DNA from: a virus
IMG/VR virus record: IMGVR_UViG_3300020045_014031
Location: 1-64,000 of that record
Length of the DNA: 64,000 nt
Reading direction: 5' to 3' (one strand)
The translations under genes and the position numbers were made by a program. The notes below the pieces were generated by a model. That model ran no database searches, had not been told where the DNA came from, and was given only the letters and a program-made list of their open reading frames with translations. Positions 38,924 through 50,102 of this stretch are shown here, piece after piece (within the stretch, counting starts at the first letter, position 1; the number at the start of each line of letters is the position of its first letter).

Positions 38924-39266
38924 ACTCGTTGAAAGAAACAGAAAGCCATTTACCTAAAGGACAATTTTCATTTATAGCTAATGTTTTACACCATAAGTTA
39001 CAACCACATCCTTTTACTACTTGACCTTTTGTTCTGTTTTGATTACCGTATTTAAAATCTTGTTCTACAATACCTATTTTTAATTGAGAACATATAGATT
39101 TATCTCTAATATCACAATTATCACATATTTTCATTCTTGAATATGCTAATTGTTCTGTTTCTTTTGGTAAATTAATAAATTGAGAAAGAAACAGATTACC
39201 ACACCCTTCTGCTATGTTTTTTAATTGTAAATCTCTTACAAATTCTAAAAACTTAAATAGTATCAT
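38922..39266 (-). CDS. Cys-rich zinc-binding protein (DUF6171-like)
   Basis: RMKICDNC...C...GCGCNL..KT....CPLGKW. Confidence 0.75.
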   Translation of the reverse strand: MILFKFLEFVRDLQLKNIAEGCGNLFLSQFINLPKETEQLAYSRMKICDNCDIRDKSICSQLKIGIVEQDFKYGNQNRTKGQVVKGCGCNLWCKTLAINENCPLGKWLSVSFNE

Positions 39267-41847
39267 AATTAATAGAACAGTTATTACAACATTTTTTACA
39301 ATTACATTTTTCTTTTTTAACTAATAATACATTACTAATATTAGATGTTTCATTATTTAAGTGAGCTATGGTATAGTAAGCATCACTAAAAGGAACTTCA
39401 TTTATAGTAAATAAACCTCTACTATCTACTATAATTCCACTAACTATAATTTCACTATTAGAATTATATAAAGTAATAGAACTTTGAGGTGTTCCTTTAC
39501 CTGTTATTGTATGATTAAAATAATTAATCAATTGAGGAGGTACTAACATACTTATATATTGAGTTATAGTAATATTTTTAGTTAATGTTACATTATACTT
39601 TTCTTCTATGTTTGTAACTACAACTGTTAGTATAGCTAATGAACTATTTGTCAATCTTATAGTTATAACATCTGTATTTAATCCTTGTTCTATAAAACCT
39701 CCTTGAATATCTGTATGAAAAACAAAAGGAGTTGAGCCTTGTAAATTTACAACATGATAAGTTTTTAACATATTTTTTAAAGATACATTATCACCTATTA
39801 TATTACCACCAGATACTCTTATTGGAGAACTTGTTATTGTTATACTTTCACTAAAATCAGATTTTAATTTATTAGGACAAGATTGTTTAGCCGTAATAAC
39901 ATCACCTACTTTTAAATTATAATCTAAAGGTACTGTTAATACATTACTACTTGCATTTCCTGTTTTATAAAAGATTGAATTTATATAAAAATCAACAACA
40001 GCTCCTATACAACAATTAACAGATAGGTATATACTATTTATATCGGTACTATTTAATACAGGAGGTAATGATTTTTCTATAAGTAAAATATTAGATGATA
40101 CAGTATAATCTATTTGTGAACTACAACCATAAACATCAGATATTTCAGTATCAGAAGATACTATTACAAGTATTGTAATATTACTATTTATAGAAGGTAC
40201 TTTATTTGATGGTATTAAACAATTTAATTTATTTTCTACTAATGATTGTGTACCTTGATAAAGTATGTCTAATCCTTTAGTTATTAGTATATTATAAGGT
40301 GGGTTATTTGTAATAGAACTTGAAAAATGAGGTTGAAAACTCAAATTTAAACCTTCACTTACTATTGATTCTACTATGTTTATAATATTAAAAGATTTAC
40401 AATCTTGTTGTTCACTTCCTAACAGTGTTGTTACATTAATATCATTAGAAATTATATCAAAAACAAAAGATGAAGATAATAAACTACAACTTGTAGTTAA
40501 ACTACTTATAAGTACTTTATATCCTGTACCTTCTATAATATTACTAAAATCAAGAACACCTTTTTTTTGATTTGTAACTTCTGTATTTACAGTAGTTAAA
40601 TTACCTGTTTGTAATATTGTATTATCTGAATTAAATAAAGTATATTTTACATTTATATTATCGGGATTTAAAAAAAATACATTAAATAAGTAATTAGTTA
40701 CTGTATCTCTTAATATAGTTATAAAAGATAAATTACAATCTGATGTACTTGAAATTATTATTTCATCACTAAATTCAGAAGTTGATAATTCAACTTGAGT
40801 ACTTCTAACTTTATATACACCTTCAACTAAACTTACAAAAGTATATTCATTATTTGAAGTAGATACACTTTGTAAAAAAACAAAAGAAGTAGAAGGTAAT
40901 ACTTTACCCCATAACTCAACTACTTTATTTTCATCTTGTGAACCAAGAATAACTTTTAAGTCATTTGTATTTACTAAAAGTAATGTAGGTGTTACAGTTT
41001 GTGATTGAGAAACAAAATTAAAACGTATTAAATTACTTTCTACTGATATATTACTATTTATATCTGCAAATTTAGCTACATAACCGTAATTACCTACATT
41101 AGGTGTTACTTCAAGTGTTTCTGTGTTACCTCTTGAAGATAGTAAATTAGTATCTAAATTTTTTTCATACCATAGTATATGTCCTCCAGAAGGTTTACTA
41201 CCTGTATATGTTAATATAGTACTATTACCTAATACAATATCATAAGTACCTCCTCCGTTTTGATGAAGAGTACATACAACTGTAGGAGGTGTTATAGTTA
41301 CACTTCTTGAAGTACCTACTATAAATGAAGTTGATATACTATTAATATAATCTGTTTTACTTAAATAAAAACTAAAAGTACCAGAAATTAAAAATGTAAT
41401 TTGAAAACCACCAGTAATACTTACTATTGTATAATCAATACCTACTTCTGCTGTACTACCGTTTAAAAATACATTTAATGTAGAGCCTGATTCTATATCT
41501 GTTATATTTAATTTTTCACCTATATATAAATCATCAGGTGTTAATACATTATCATTAATAAAAGTAGGTGTATTTAATGTAGGTGCTTGAGATACAGTAA
41601 CAATAGAAGAAAATAAAGAAGTTCCTTCACTTCCTCTTACATAATCAAATTTTAAAGAACCTACTAAACTTGTTAAATTAGAAAAAGTTTTACTTGTTCC
41701 ACTTACTATTTCACTACTATAAAAAATATTATTCAAATATGTCCTTAATGTATCACCCGTTTCTAATCCTGATACAGTAAGTGATTGAGTACTTAACCTT
41801 GAAGTACTACTTACAATAGGAGCTGTTAATGTTCCATCTAATGCCAT
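39253..41847 (-). CDS. virion structural protein with tandem Ig-like domains
   Basis: S/T/V-rich repeats (P.l...S.FS..I), Cys-rich C-terminus. Confidence 0.7.
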   Translation of the reverse strand: MALDGTLTAPIVSSTSRLSTQSLTVSGLETGDTLRTYLNNIFYSSEIVSGTSKTFSNLTSLVGSLKFDYVRGSEGTSLFSSIVTVSQAPTLNTPTFINDNVLTPDDLYIGEKLNITDIESGSTLNVFLNGSTAEVGIDYTIVSITGGFQITFLISGTFSFYLSKTDYINSISTSFIVGTSRSVTITPPTVVCTLHQNGGGTYDIVLGNSTILTYTGSKPSGGHILWYEKNLDTNLLSSRGNTETLEVTPNVGNYGYVAKFADINSNISVESNLIRFNFVSQSQTVTPTLLLVNTNDLKVILGSQDENKVVELWGKVLPSTSFVFLQSVSTSNNEYTFVSLVEGVYKVRSTQVELSTSEFSDEIIISSTSDCNLSFITILRDTVTNYLFNVFFLNPDNINVKYTLFNSDNTILQTGNLTTVNTEVTNQKKGVLDFSNIIEGTGYKVLISSLTTSCSLLSSSFVFDIISNDINVTTLLGSEQQDCKSFNIINIVESIVSEGLNLSFQPHFSSSITNNPPYNILITKGLDILYQGTQSLVENKLNCLIPSNKVPSINSNITILVIVSSDTEISDVYGCSSQIDYTVSSNILLIEKSLPPVLNSTDINSIYLSVNCCIGAVVDFYINSIFYKTGNASSNVLTVPLDYNLKVGDVITAKQSCPNKLKSDFSESITITSSPIRVSGGNIIGDNVSLKNMLKTYHVVNLQGSTPFVFHTDIQGGFIEQGLNTDVITIRLTNSSLAILTVVVTNIEEKYNVTLTKNITITQYISMLVPPQLINYFNHTITGKGTPQSSITLYNSNSEIIVSGIIVDSRGLFTINEVPFSDAYYTIAHLNNETSNISNVLLVKKEKCNCKKCCNNCSINYDTI

Positions 41848-41858
41848 TTTATTTTATT

Positions 41859-44000
41859 TTAGAAATTAAACATTTGACAATAATAATGTTTTGCTTGATT
41901 AGGTAAATTACTTAATGATGTTGTAGCATAATTATAGTCTGTTGTTTCCCAATCGTTTGTTGTTACATGAAAATATTTCATAACATTATTTATTGTAGTT
42001 CTTGCTATAAAAGCTAAAGGTTCAACTCCTTCTGGTCTAAAAGCAGTTACAACAACTTTATTACTTGATTTACTTATTCTTATAGGTAAAAAAGTAGAAG
42101 GATTTTCATCCCAATCAATTGCATAAGTTTTTATCCATGTACTACCTCCATCTAAAGAATACTCACTGTTCCAATACTCAGGTATTAAATCATTGTAAGC
42201 TTGTATTGCTCCTAAATTGTCTAACATTTCAATAGCACCAACTACTCCACTATAAGTATCTATTCCACCATTATTTAAAATACCTCTATCCCAAATTTCC
42301 AAATCTAAACCATTTGCAAACCCTAACAAAGTAAATAAAAAAGCATATTTACGTCCTATTTGTTTACCACTTCTTTCAACAATTAAATCAGGAAGTAATC
42401 TACCATCATAATTTCTTGAGTATTCATTTCTACCAACAAGACTACCTTTATCAATAATCATTTTAGGTATAAAAACACTTCTTCTATTATTTAATTTATA
42501 ACGACAATACCAAGCTTGTATTTCCATGTTATAACCTAAACCACAAAAAGGATTAAATACAGTTTTAGAACTTCCAAATTTATTAATTATAACATAATTA
42601 CCATCATAATCTAATTGATAATGACTACCTTGTTCAGCAACCATATCTCCGTATAAACTAAATTCATTACAAGGTAATATACGTGGATAATCAATTATAC
42701 TTACGTTATTTAAACCTCTTGAAGGTAAATCAGTTAGTGTACTTGGATTCCAACTTGCATTTAAGTTATTTATTGAAGGATAATTACCATTAATATCGGG
42801 ATAGTTATATCTTCTTTTATTACCTGTATCTAATTCAATAGTATAACCTAAAGTTAAAAAAACACCTGAGTATAAACTAACAAAATAACCTAATGTTTTA
42901 TTTGATGCTCCATAAGCAAATACATTATGTTTAATGTTACCATTTTCATCTCCGTTTTCAACATCAGCCATAACTGTTTCTCTTAGTGTTTTATTAGATA
43001 TATTATCACCTCCACCAAGCATATTACTTTGACCCACTTCATTACCTACATCATATATTTGTTCAAGAGTACCTGTAACCCACGGTTCAGTACCATAAAC
43101 AGCATTGTATTGATTATGACATCTATTATAGTAAGGTATTGCAGAAATAAAATTATAATAATCTGAATTCTTGTAATCAATTCCGTCTCTTGCAGGGTCT
43201 GCATCTACTATACCTCCATACACTAAACCTGCAAAACCTAATTCCCAAGCTTTTCTATTTGCTTGAATAAAAGATATGTGAGATAAATCCCAATAAACAG
43301 CCCAATTAGGTCTTACATAATTACTACTATCTAAATAAGTTCTTTGAGGTATTGTTCCAAAATGATTTAAGTTTAATACATTACCTGTTGTTAAGTATTG
43401 TAATAACTTTGTTTTGTTTGTTTTTGAACTTACATAAAAATCGTTTGTACTTAAATTAAAATCTCTCCATTTACTTATTACAACACTATTAGTACTATTA
43501 TTTGATTTAGAAGCTGATACAAAACCTCTTTGATAATTACTAAAATTAATACCTGATAAAGTAAATAATACAATCCATGTTATACTTGTTGTATTCTCAC
43601 CTTCTTTACTATAACTAACAACTAAAGTATTGTTTATTTTTTTTAAAGATAACCAAATAGGAAAAGTAATATTACTTAATGTGTAGTAGTTTGTTAGTTG
43701 AGTATTTTCAGATTCTCTAATATCTAATTTTAAAGATAAGTATTCTTTATCAATATATAAAAAATAACAAGGTTTTCCTCCTTGATTTATTTCACTTAAC
43801 AATGAATCTCTTACTATAATACCTGATTTACCATTAGATAATGATTTTATATATATTTTTGTTTCAAAATTAGAAGTATCTTCTATATTCCAGTAAACAA
43901 AACGAGCATTATCACCCTGTAAACCTTTTATATCTCCTATCCCTGTTAATTGAAATTTATTGTCTGTTCCAATAAATTTAATACTTGCATCTTGTGACAT
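41859..44000 (-). CDS. putative carbohydrate-binding/hydrolytic virion protein
   Basis: N-terminal ConA/DUF1349-like pattern (GD, KSGIIVRDSL, PIWLSL....YS) plus G/N/Y/W-rich large domain. Confidence 0.5.
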   Translation of the reverse strand: MSQDASIKFIGTDNKFQLTGIGDIKGLQGDNARFVYWNIEDTSNFETKIYIKSLSNGKSGIIVRDSLLSEINQGGKPCYFLYIDKEYLSLKLDIRESENTQLTNYYTLSNITFPIWLSLKKINNTLVVSYSKEGENTTSITWIVLFTLSGINFSNYQRGFVSASKSNNSTNSVVISKWRDFNLSTNDFYVSSKTNKTKLLQYLTTGNVLNLNHFGTIPQRTYLDSSNYVRPNWAVYWDLSHISFIQANRKAWELGFAGLVYGGIVDADPARDGIDYKNSDYYNFISAIPYYNRCHNQYNAVYGTEPWVTGTLEQIYDVGNEVGQSNMLGGGDNISNKTLRETVMADVENGDENGNIKHNVFAYGASNKTLGYFVSLYSGVFLTLGYTIELDTGNKRRYNYPDINGNYPSINNLNASWNPSTLTDLPSRGLNNVSIIDYPRILPCNEFSLYGDMVAEQGSHYQLDYDGNYVIINKFGSSKTVFNPFCGLGYNMEIQAWYCRYKLNNRRSVFIPKMIIDKGSLVGRNEYSRNYDGRLLPDLIVERSGKQIGRKYAFLFTLLGFANGLDLEIWDRGILNNGGIDTYSGVVGAIEMLDNLGAIQAYNDLIPEYWNSEYSLDGGSTWIKTYAIDWDENPSTFLPIRISKSSNKVVVTAFRPEGVEPLAFIARTTINNVMKYFHVTTNDWETTDYNYATTSLSNLPNQAKHYYCQMFNF

Positions 44001-44102
44001 TTTATTTATTATTTTAGATTAAAATTTCCTGTTTTTTATAGAAGAACAGGGATAGTAACAATAAAAATTTTAATTAAATAAATTTCTTATAAAATTATAT
44101 TT

Positions 44103-44495
44103 TTATTCTATTGAATTTATACTATGTTCTTCACCTAAAGTTAAATCTAATATTTTATCTAAAAATACTCCAGTAATAGTTAAATTATTCTTTAATTTAT
44201 TTTTACCAATTACACTACTTATTGTTTCATCTATATCTCCAAATGGGTGTATTGTATCATCTTTAATAAAGACACTGTTTAAAAATATATAACAAGTTGC
44301 ATTTCCAATTTGGTCTAAACCAATTGCATATTTTAATAATATATCTTCTAAAAATACTAAGATATTACTTCTACTTTTCCAAGTATAAAATAAAGCATAT
44401 AACAATGCTAATGGAATTATAATAAAAGATAATATTGTAGCTACAATAGCTAAAATTAAATTATTGAATAGTTTCATTATACTTAATTTTAACAA
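44103..44495 (-). CDS. membrane protein, DQ.GN...FG..DETISS.IG phage family (holin-like)
   Basis: N-terminal TM and conserved motif. Confidence 0.65.
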   Translation of the reverse strand: MLKLSIMKLFNNLILAIVATILSFIIIPLALLYALFYTWKSRSNILVFLEDILLKYAIGLDQIGNATCYIFLNSVFIKDDTIHPFGDIDETISSVIGKNKLKNNLTITGVFLDKILDLTLGEEHSINSIE

Positions 44496-44504
44496 AATTT
44501 ATTT

Positions 44505-44972
44505 TTAATTTAAGTTGTAAACTATTTGTTCATCCGAAATAATATTATCTACTTCTGTCATTATTATTTCATTTAAAGCATTTTCATCTATTTCACATTT
44601 AAAATATTGCAAAGAATCTTGAAACTGAAACAAAGACAATCCAACATTTAACACCTGAGTATTTTGCAATATCCTTTCATGTGTTATAAGCATAGGAAAA
44701 AAATCAACTGGAATAGCTCTTGTTTCTTGAATAAATATTTTTTCATCAAATTCATTATTTAAAAATATTTTCCTTCTAACAAGTTTCCATGTTATTTTAA
44801 TACAATCAATTAATTCAAAAACACCGTCTTGATTTGGTATTTCTGATTTTATTTTTTCTGGAGATAATTTTTCAATTATCATAAAATTAGGCTTCATTAA
44901 ACCCAATTGAGCGTCTTCCTTTTCGATTAAAGGTATTGCTATAAATCCTGCTTTAAATAATCTTTTATCCAT
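44505..44972 (-). CDS. hypothetical protein (possible tailspike-associated)
   Basis: directly downstream of tailspike, similar base composition. Confidence 0.6.
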   Translation of the reverse strand: MDKRLFKAGFIAIPLIEKEDAQLGLMKPNFMIIEKLSPEKIKSEIPNQDGVFELIDCIKITWKLVRRKIFLNNEFDEKIFIQETRAIPVDFFPMLITHERILQNTQVLNVGLSLFQFQDSLQYFKCEIDENALNEIIMTEVDNIISDEQIVYNLN

Positions 44973-44973
44973 T

Positions 44974-47820
44974 TTAGTATTTTAAAATTCTATAAACTAT
45001 TGTTGAATTGTTTCCTGTTTCTACTGTACCTGATGTATTTCTTGCATTTATTACAAGATTATTAGAAGTTGCAGTATAATCAAAATTTGCAATTGTACCA
45101 GAATGTGTTTTGATACTTAATTGTACTATTGCATTAGGGGTTAATCCAGATATTGTAATATTTCCTGATGTACCAGAAGTTAATGTAACAGTATTATATT
45201 CTTCTGCAATTGTTCCTGTTATCTCCTCTGTAAAAACAGAACCCCTTACAAATAAATAAGTTCTACCATTTATTAATTTTGTGTCTCTTCTATTTTTTAA
45301 ATAAAATCTACCATTTCCAAAGCCTACTGCATCATGCTTTAGTGTTGTAAAATCATCTTTACATTCTATTATTATTATTTGAGCAGGTGTTGCCCCTGAA
45401 AAGTAATTAATAAAAGTAGATGATGTATTAGCAGTTTGAAAATAATTAGACTTTGAAACATCAGGAGCAGTCGAATTTACAGTCAGTGTTGCTATTGCTG
45501 TATTACTATTACTATCATAATAATTACCTAATACAATAGGAACTTTAGGTCTTATAATTTTAGGTATAAACCCAGACCTAAAAAATTCTAAAAAAGAATA
45601 AGCAGAACTACCATCATCTTTTATTGTACCTATTATAAATTTATCTTTTAATTGTGCAATTCTTATATTTTTTTCATCTGTGTCTGCATCTGTAACATTA
45701 TATATATCTGCAACAGAATTTTTACTTGATAATTGAAAATTACCATCAGTATCGTAAAAATGCTGAGTACTTTTATGAGTACCATCTGAATTTTTATTAT
45801 AAATGACTAAATTATTTGTACCACCAGATTTTTTTAAATTTCTTAATTGAATACCTCCACCAGATTGTGTAAAAATAAATCCTGATAAATCATCAGCAAC
45901 ATCAGTTTCAGTCACACCAATAGAAGGTAAACTTCCTATTACATGGCAAACAGCATCTGCAACAGCATTTGCAGGAGAAATAGCTTCTTTACCAATTATC
46001 CATTTAGGTTTAACTGGATTGAATATTCCGTCAAAATGATTTGAACCTAAATTGTAAATACCACTTCTACAACCCTTTGGAATATTGAAACTCAATCTAA
46101 TATCTTTTAAGGTGTAGTTATTATTATAACCTATACCTTCATTTGTAATAGATGATAAGCCAGAAAAGGTTATAGTAGGTGTATTAATTTCACTCGTAGT
46201 ATTAACAAGAATAATAGCTTCTGTTACATCATCCCCTAATGTAGTATCAGGTGTGTATTTGTTACCAAATGCACCATAGATATTAACAGAACAATCTCTA
46301 TAACTGTCACCTATTTCAATTACATAAGGCTGAGCATATTTAAAGCCTGTTGTAGCACCATAATAGGGATTTGGTTTCATTTCTCCTCTTGTAGAATAAA
46401 AATTAAATACTCCTCCAGATAAAGTACTACTGATTTTGATTACTGCTCCTGCTGTATTAGCATCGCCATCACAATTATTGAATACTACAACACCATTACC
46501 ACTATTTTGACCAAGCCACTCTATACCATATCCGCCATTCCAATAGCAGTTAATGTGACTTAAATAACCCGGTACTCCACCTTTCCAATTAAAAAAGCCT
46601 GATTCTGGAAATTCTCTAATTTGAATATGACTTATATCATGTGTTCCGTTTAATCCTGCATAATTATCTATATCATCTCTATCAGTCCCTATATTTCTTA
46701 ATGAAATACCCCTTCCTACTGTATTTGAATTATTCCCTCTAAGAATAAAATTACCAAAATTAATTCCTGTAATTCTTTCTTGGTCTAAGCTTCTAAAGGT
46801 TCTAAATACAATTGCATCATCATTAACATTTGTTAATTGCATCAATACAGTTACATCTTGATTACCTTCATCTGGAGGTGTGTGTCCTGCACCTTCATTT
46901 CTTCTACCAAAGTCTCCTGTACCTGTTCCTCTGCAATAAATTCCATCAGGGAATGCAATTTGAGTGAAGAAATAAGAACCCTTTGAAAGATGTACTTTTT
47001 TTATAGTAGCATCAGCAAAATCTAAACAAGCTTGTATTTCATCTGTAGAATCATAAACAGGAATTGTAAATGATGAATCTTCAAAATATCCATCACAAAT
47101 ATTTACAGTAATACCATTAACAGTTCCTGTTACAGTTTTTGTATAGAAATTTTGATATACTTTAGCACCAAAGTTCTCAGGCTTTAAATAATCATAATTT
47201 GTAGCTTTTATTCTTTTTCCTGATGTTGTAACTAATATAGTTCCTCCATTGTCAGTACTTGTAGTATCTGCACTATCATAGTACCAGTCTTTTATTCTTC
47301 CTTGCTCTTTACATTGAAAAGAAGAAACTAAAGTTAATTGGCTATTTGTCAATAACCTAAGTTCTTCGATTGTAAATCCAGTAAATAATTTCCAAATAAA
47401 AACAAACCAACTTAATATTGTTGTATTATTACTTGAAATTAAATCTAAATAAACACCGTTATAAAAATACTTAACAAAAGAATTAGAAAAAGTTTCATCT
47501 TTTATAACATAAATATTACATATTAAATTTCCATAGTTATTAAGGTTAATATCTTCTTTTTTTACATAAAAATCCCCATAACTTGTACTTATACATTTTT
47601 TGTTAGTATTCGTATTATAATATCCCGAACCGTTCCAACCTTTTAAGTAAGAATTATTTATACAATAAATTGTTTTTATATCTCCTTTTAACGGTAAAAG
47701 AGATTCGTTATTAAAATAACGAATCTCTACTGTATCAAAAAGATTGATAGCTTTATCTACAAATTTCAGTATTTCTGAACCTATATATTTATCTTCTTCT
47801 TTATAGTTAATTATTTTCAT
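44974..47820 (-). CDS. tailspike / receptor-binding protein with beta-helix (pectate-lyase-like)
   Basis: YYDSADTTSTDNGGTILVT, PENFGAK...DSTDEIQACLD, G/N-rich repeats. Confidence 0.8.
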   Translation of the reverse strand: MKIINYKEEDKYIGSEILKFVDKAINLFDTVEIRYFNNESLLPLKGDIKTIYCINNSYLKGWNGSGYYNTNTNKKCISTSYGDFYVKKEDINLNNYGNLICNIYVIKDETFSNSFVKYFYNGVYLDLISSNNTTILSWFVFIWKLFTGFTIEELRLLTNSQLTLVSSFQCKEQGRIKDWYYDSADTTSTDNGGTILVTTSGKRIKATNYDYLKPENFGAKVYQNFYTKTVTGTVNGITVNICDGYFEDSSFTIPVYDSTDEIQACLDFADATIKKVHLSKGSYFFTQIAFPDGIYCRGTGTGDFGRRNEGAGHTPPDEGNQDVTVLMQLTNVNDDAIVFRTFRSLDQERITGINFGNFILRGNNSNTVGRGISLRNIGTDRDDIDNYAGLNGTHDISHIQIREFPESGFFNWKGGVPGYLSHINCYWNGGYGIEWLGQNSGNGVVVFNNCDGDANTAGAVIKISSTLSGGVFNFYSTRGEMKPNPYYGATTGFKYAQPYVIEIGDSYRDCSVNIYGAFGNKYTPDTTLGDDVTEAIILVNTTSEINTPTITFSGLSSITNEGIGYNNNYTLKDIRLSFNIPKGCRSGIYNLGSNHFDGIFNPVKPKWIIGKEAISPANAVADAVCHVIGSLPSIGVTETDVADDLSGFIFTQSGGGIQLRNLKKSGGTNNLVIYNKNSDGTHKSTQHFYDTDGNFQLSSKNSVADIYNVTDADTDEKNIRIAQLKDKFIIGTIKDDGSSAYSFLEFFRSGFIPKIIRPKVPIVLGNYYDSNSNTAIATLTVNSTAPDVSKSNYFQTANTSSTFINYFSGATPAQIIIIECKDDFTTLKHDAVGFGNGRFYLKNRRDTKLINGRTYLFVRGSVFTEEITGTIAEEYNTVTLTSGTSGNITISGLTPNAIVQLSIKTHSGTIANFDYTATSNNLVINARNTSGTVETGNNSTIVYRILKY

Positions 47821-47822
47821 TT

Positions 47823-48152
47823 TTAAAGTGTTTTAACAGTACAAAGTAATGTAGTTGATAAACCTGTAATTAATGTTATAGATACGTTATTTGTTTCATT
47901 ATACGAAATATCTAAATTTTGACCTTCATACAAAGCAACAGGACTTGCTGAACCTATTGTAATTGTTGCATTAACTCCTTTTACTAATACACTAAGTGAA
48001 TGAAAACTTCCTATAGGATAATTTTTTGTTGTATTAGCATTTACACTTTCAATACTTGTATTATTATATACATTAGTATTTGTAACTATATTTATCTGTT
48101 GAGGTAAACTTACCTCTCTATTTGTTCTAAAATTCTGACCTGCTATTATCAT
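47823..48152 (-). CDS. small beta-rich virion protein
   Basis: T/N/S/V-rich, in tail block. Confidence 0.6.
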   Translation of the reverse strand: MIIAGQNFRTNREVSLPQQINIVTNTNVYNNTSIESVNANTTKNYPIGSFHSLSVLVKGVNATITIGSASPVALYEGQNLDISYNETNNVSITLITGLSTTLLCTVKTL

Positions 48153-48406
48153 TTTTCTATTTTATCTTGTTTAATTATTAGTATAAAAAAATATATACAT
48201 CCACTTATACCTATTGTTAAAATATATTTTATCCATTCTTGAGGAAATAATGATAAAAGAGCTAACGAAATTAAAAGTAAACCTAAACCAAAGTGATATT
48301 GATGATTAGTATTTATTTTAATCATTTCTCTAATACCGTAAACAAATGATGTAATAACACTTACAACACTTATAATACTTATTAACTTAATTATTAAAAC
48401 TATCAT
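48149..48406 (-). CDS. small membrane protein (3 TM), holin candidate
   Basis: three hydrophobic helices, charged tail. Confidence 0.55.
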   Translation of the reverse strand: MIVLIIKLISIISVVSVITSFVYGIREMIKINTNHQYHFGLGLLLISLALLSLFPQEWIKYILTIGISGCIYFFILIIKQDKIEK

Positions 48407-48737
48407 CTTTACTTATATTTGAAACTTTATTTGTTATATATTTTTTAACTAAAACATCAATTGTTTCAGAAGTTTTACTTCCTGCCCATGAAGTAACTGC
48501 TGTTACCATTATAGCTGTATCTTCGTTTATGTACTTAAAACATAACCAACCTAATAAAATACTTAAACTTACAGAAATTATAAATTCATAAACTATATTC
48601 TTAAAATTTCTTTGAGCTTCATTTTTTATGTTTATTAGTGTTTTAACTACTGCGGTTAGTATTGATATAGGGATAAATTTTATTAATACTATTAACATAT
48701 CATAAAATGTATCTATTATCTTTTGAATTATTGTCAT
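48387..48737 (-). CDS. holin-like membrane protein
   Basis: 2-3 TM, basic C-terminus. Confidence 0.6.
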   Translation of the reverse strand: MTIIQKIIDTFYDMLIVLIKFIPISILTAVVKTLINIKNEAQRNFKNIVYEFIISVSLSILLGWLCFKYINEDTAIMVTAVTSWAGSKTSETIDVLVKKYITNKVSNISKDDSFNN

Positions 48738-48741
48738 TTAA

Positions 48742-49086
48742 TTACAGATTTGAAACTACAATTTTATCAAATATAACAATGATTCCTTCATTATTTTTTA
48801 CAGCTACATAATATTCTGTATTATCTGAACTGCTGAAACTAAAAACATTAGATGTTAAGTAAGTTCCTGTTAAAGGATTTGTACCTATATAATAAGTAAT
48901 TATTTCATTTTTAATTGAATTAATTGTAATTAATTTAATTGTATCTACTATTGAAACCTTATATGTTAATTTACCAATATCAATAGATGATAATTCTTCT
49001 CTTTTTTCTAAATCTTCATAATCACAATAACTATAATTATTAAATTGTGTTAATGAAGTATTTGAAGTATTACTAAAAATGCTCAT
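48742..49086 (-). CDS. hypothetical virion-module protein
   Basis: 114-aa ORF. Confidence 0.6.
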   Translation of the reverse strand: MSIFSNTSNTSLTQFNNYSYCDYEDLEKREELSSIDIGKLTYKVSIVDTIKLITINSIKNEIITYYIGTNPLTGTYLTSNVFSFSSSDNTEYYVAVKNNEGIIVIFDKIVVSNL

Positions 49087-49315
49087 TTTTAATTTGATTT
49101 AAAAATATAACTAATTGTTTTTGAGATAAAAAAGAAATATTTGAGCCTTCTAAAATAAATGAGGTTAAGAATAAATTATCTAATTCTTCATTATCTACTT
49201 GTTTCTTTGAAGCACTTATTGATTTATATTTATCTGAAATATGTTTATTAAACATAGTATTTGATAAATTAAGTAAAGCGTTTTCTTTTTTATCACATAT
49301 AAATTTATCATTCAT
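49073..49315 (-). CDS. hypothetical virion-module protein
   Basis: 80-aa ORF. Confidence 0.6.
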   Translation of the reverse strand: MNDKFICDKKENALLNLSNTMFNKHISDKYKSISASKKQVDNEELDNLFLTSFILEGSNISFLSQKQLVIFLNQIKNEHF

Positions 49316-49321
49316 TTTCCC

Positions 49322-50071
49322 TTATATTTTAGAAGGCTCTAACTCAGCATCCAAAGATTCAATAATAGAAGCAATTTTTAACATATCATTACTTTTTTTT
49401 AAACCTTCAATTGCTTTATATTTTAAAACAATGTCTCTTAGCTTTTGATTATTTTTATAAATCTCACTTTTATTAACAGAATCAACACTACCATTATTAT
49501 ACTCAATTGATAAACCTAACGTTTCTGTTATTTTTTGGTTTAACTGTAATGTATGAACTATATAATTAGAATTAGTATAACCAACATAAAGGCTTATAGT
49601 ATCGTTTATAAGTGTATCTTCTTTTAATTGAAGTACATTTTCATAACTTCTTTTTTTATCAATGTGATAAATATTATCGTTAATTAATACTACACTATAT
49701 TTTTCTAATTCGTAAACAGGAAAAGGAAGTATAATTTTTGACTGTTGTAATTCTACTGGAGTAGAATTAAATAAATTAAAAGATGAGTAAATAACTTCAA
49801 TCACACCACTTTTAATTTTTAATAAGTAAGAATCTACATCTGTTTTACCTAATGAAAAAGAATTAACAATTACTTCATCGTCATTATTAAAAAAATTATC
49901 AATATTTGGAGAACTTAATTCAGTAAGTATAATTTTATCTTTTTCTTCATTAAGCATTCCTATTTCTAAAATTATTTTATCAGGAAGAACACTAACATTA
50001 TAACTATTATCTTTTAGTGTTATAGTAGTTCCATCATTGTAAATTTTTGTTAATTTTATATTTGGTTTCAT
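49322..50071 (-). CDS. putative tail protein
   Basis: 249 aa, position after ejection proteins as in crAss-like gene order. Confidence 0.5.
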   Translation of the reverse strand: MKPNIKLTKIYNDGTTITLKDNSYNVSVLPDKIILEIGMLNEEKDKIILTELSSPNIDNFFNNDDEVIVNSFSLGKTDVDSYLLKIKSGVIEVIYSSFNLFNSTPVELQQSKIILPFPVYELEKYSVVLINDNIYHIDKKRSYENVLQLKEDTLINDTISLYVGYTNSNYIVHTLQLNQKITETLGLSIEYNNGSVDSVNKSEIYKNNQKLRDIVLKYKAIEGLKKSNDMLKIASIIESLDAELEPSKI

Positions 50072-50102
50072 ATTTAATTATCAATTTTTAATTGAATTTA
50101 CA

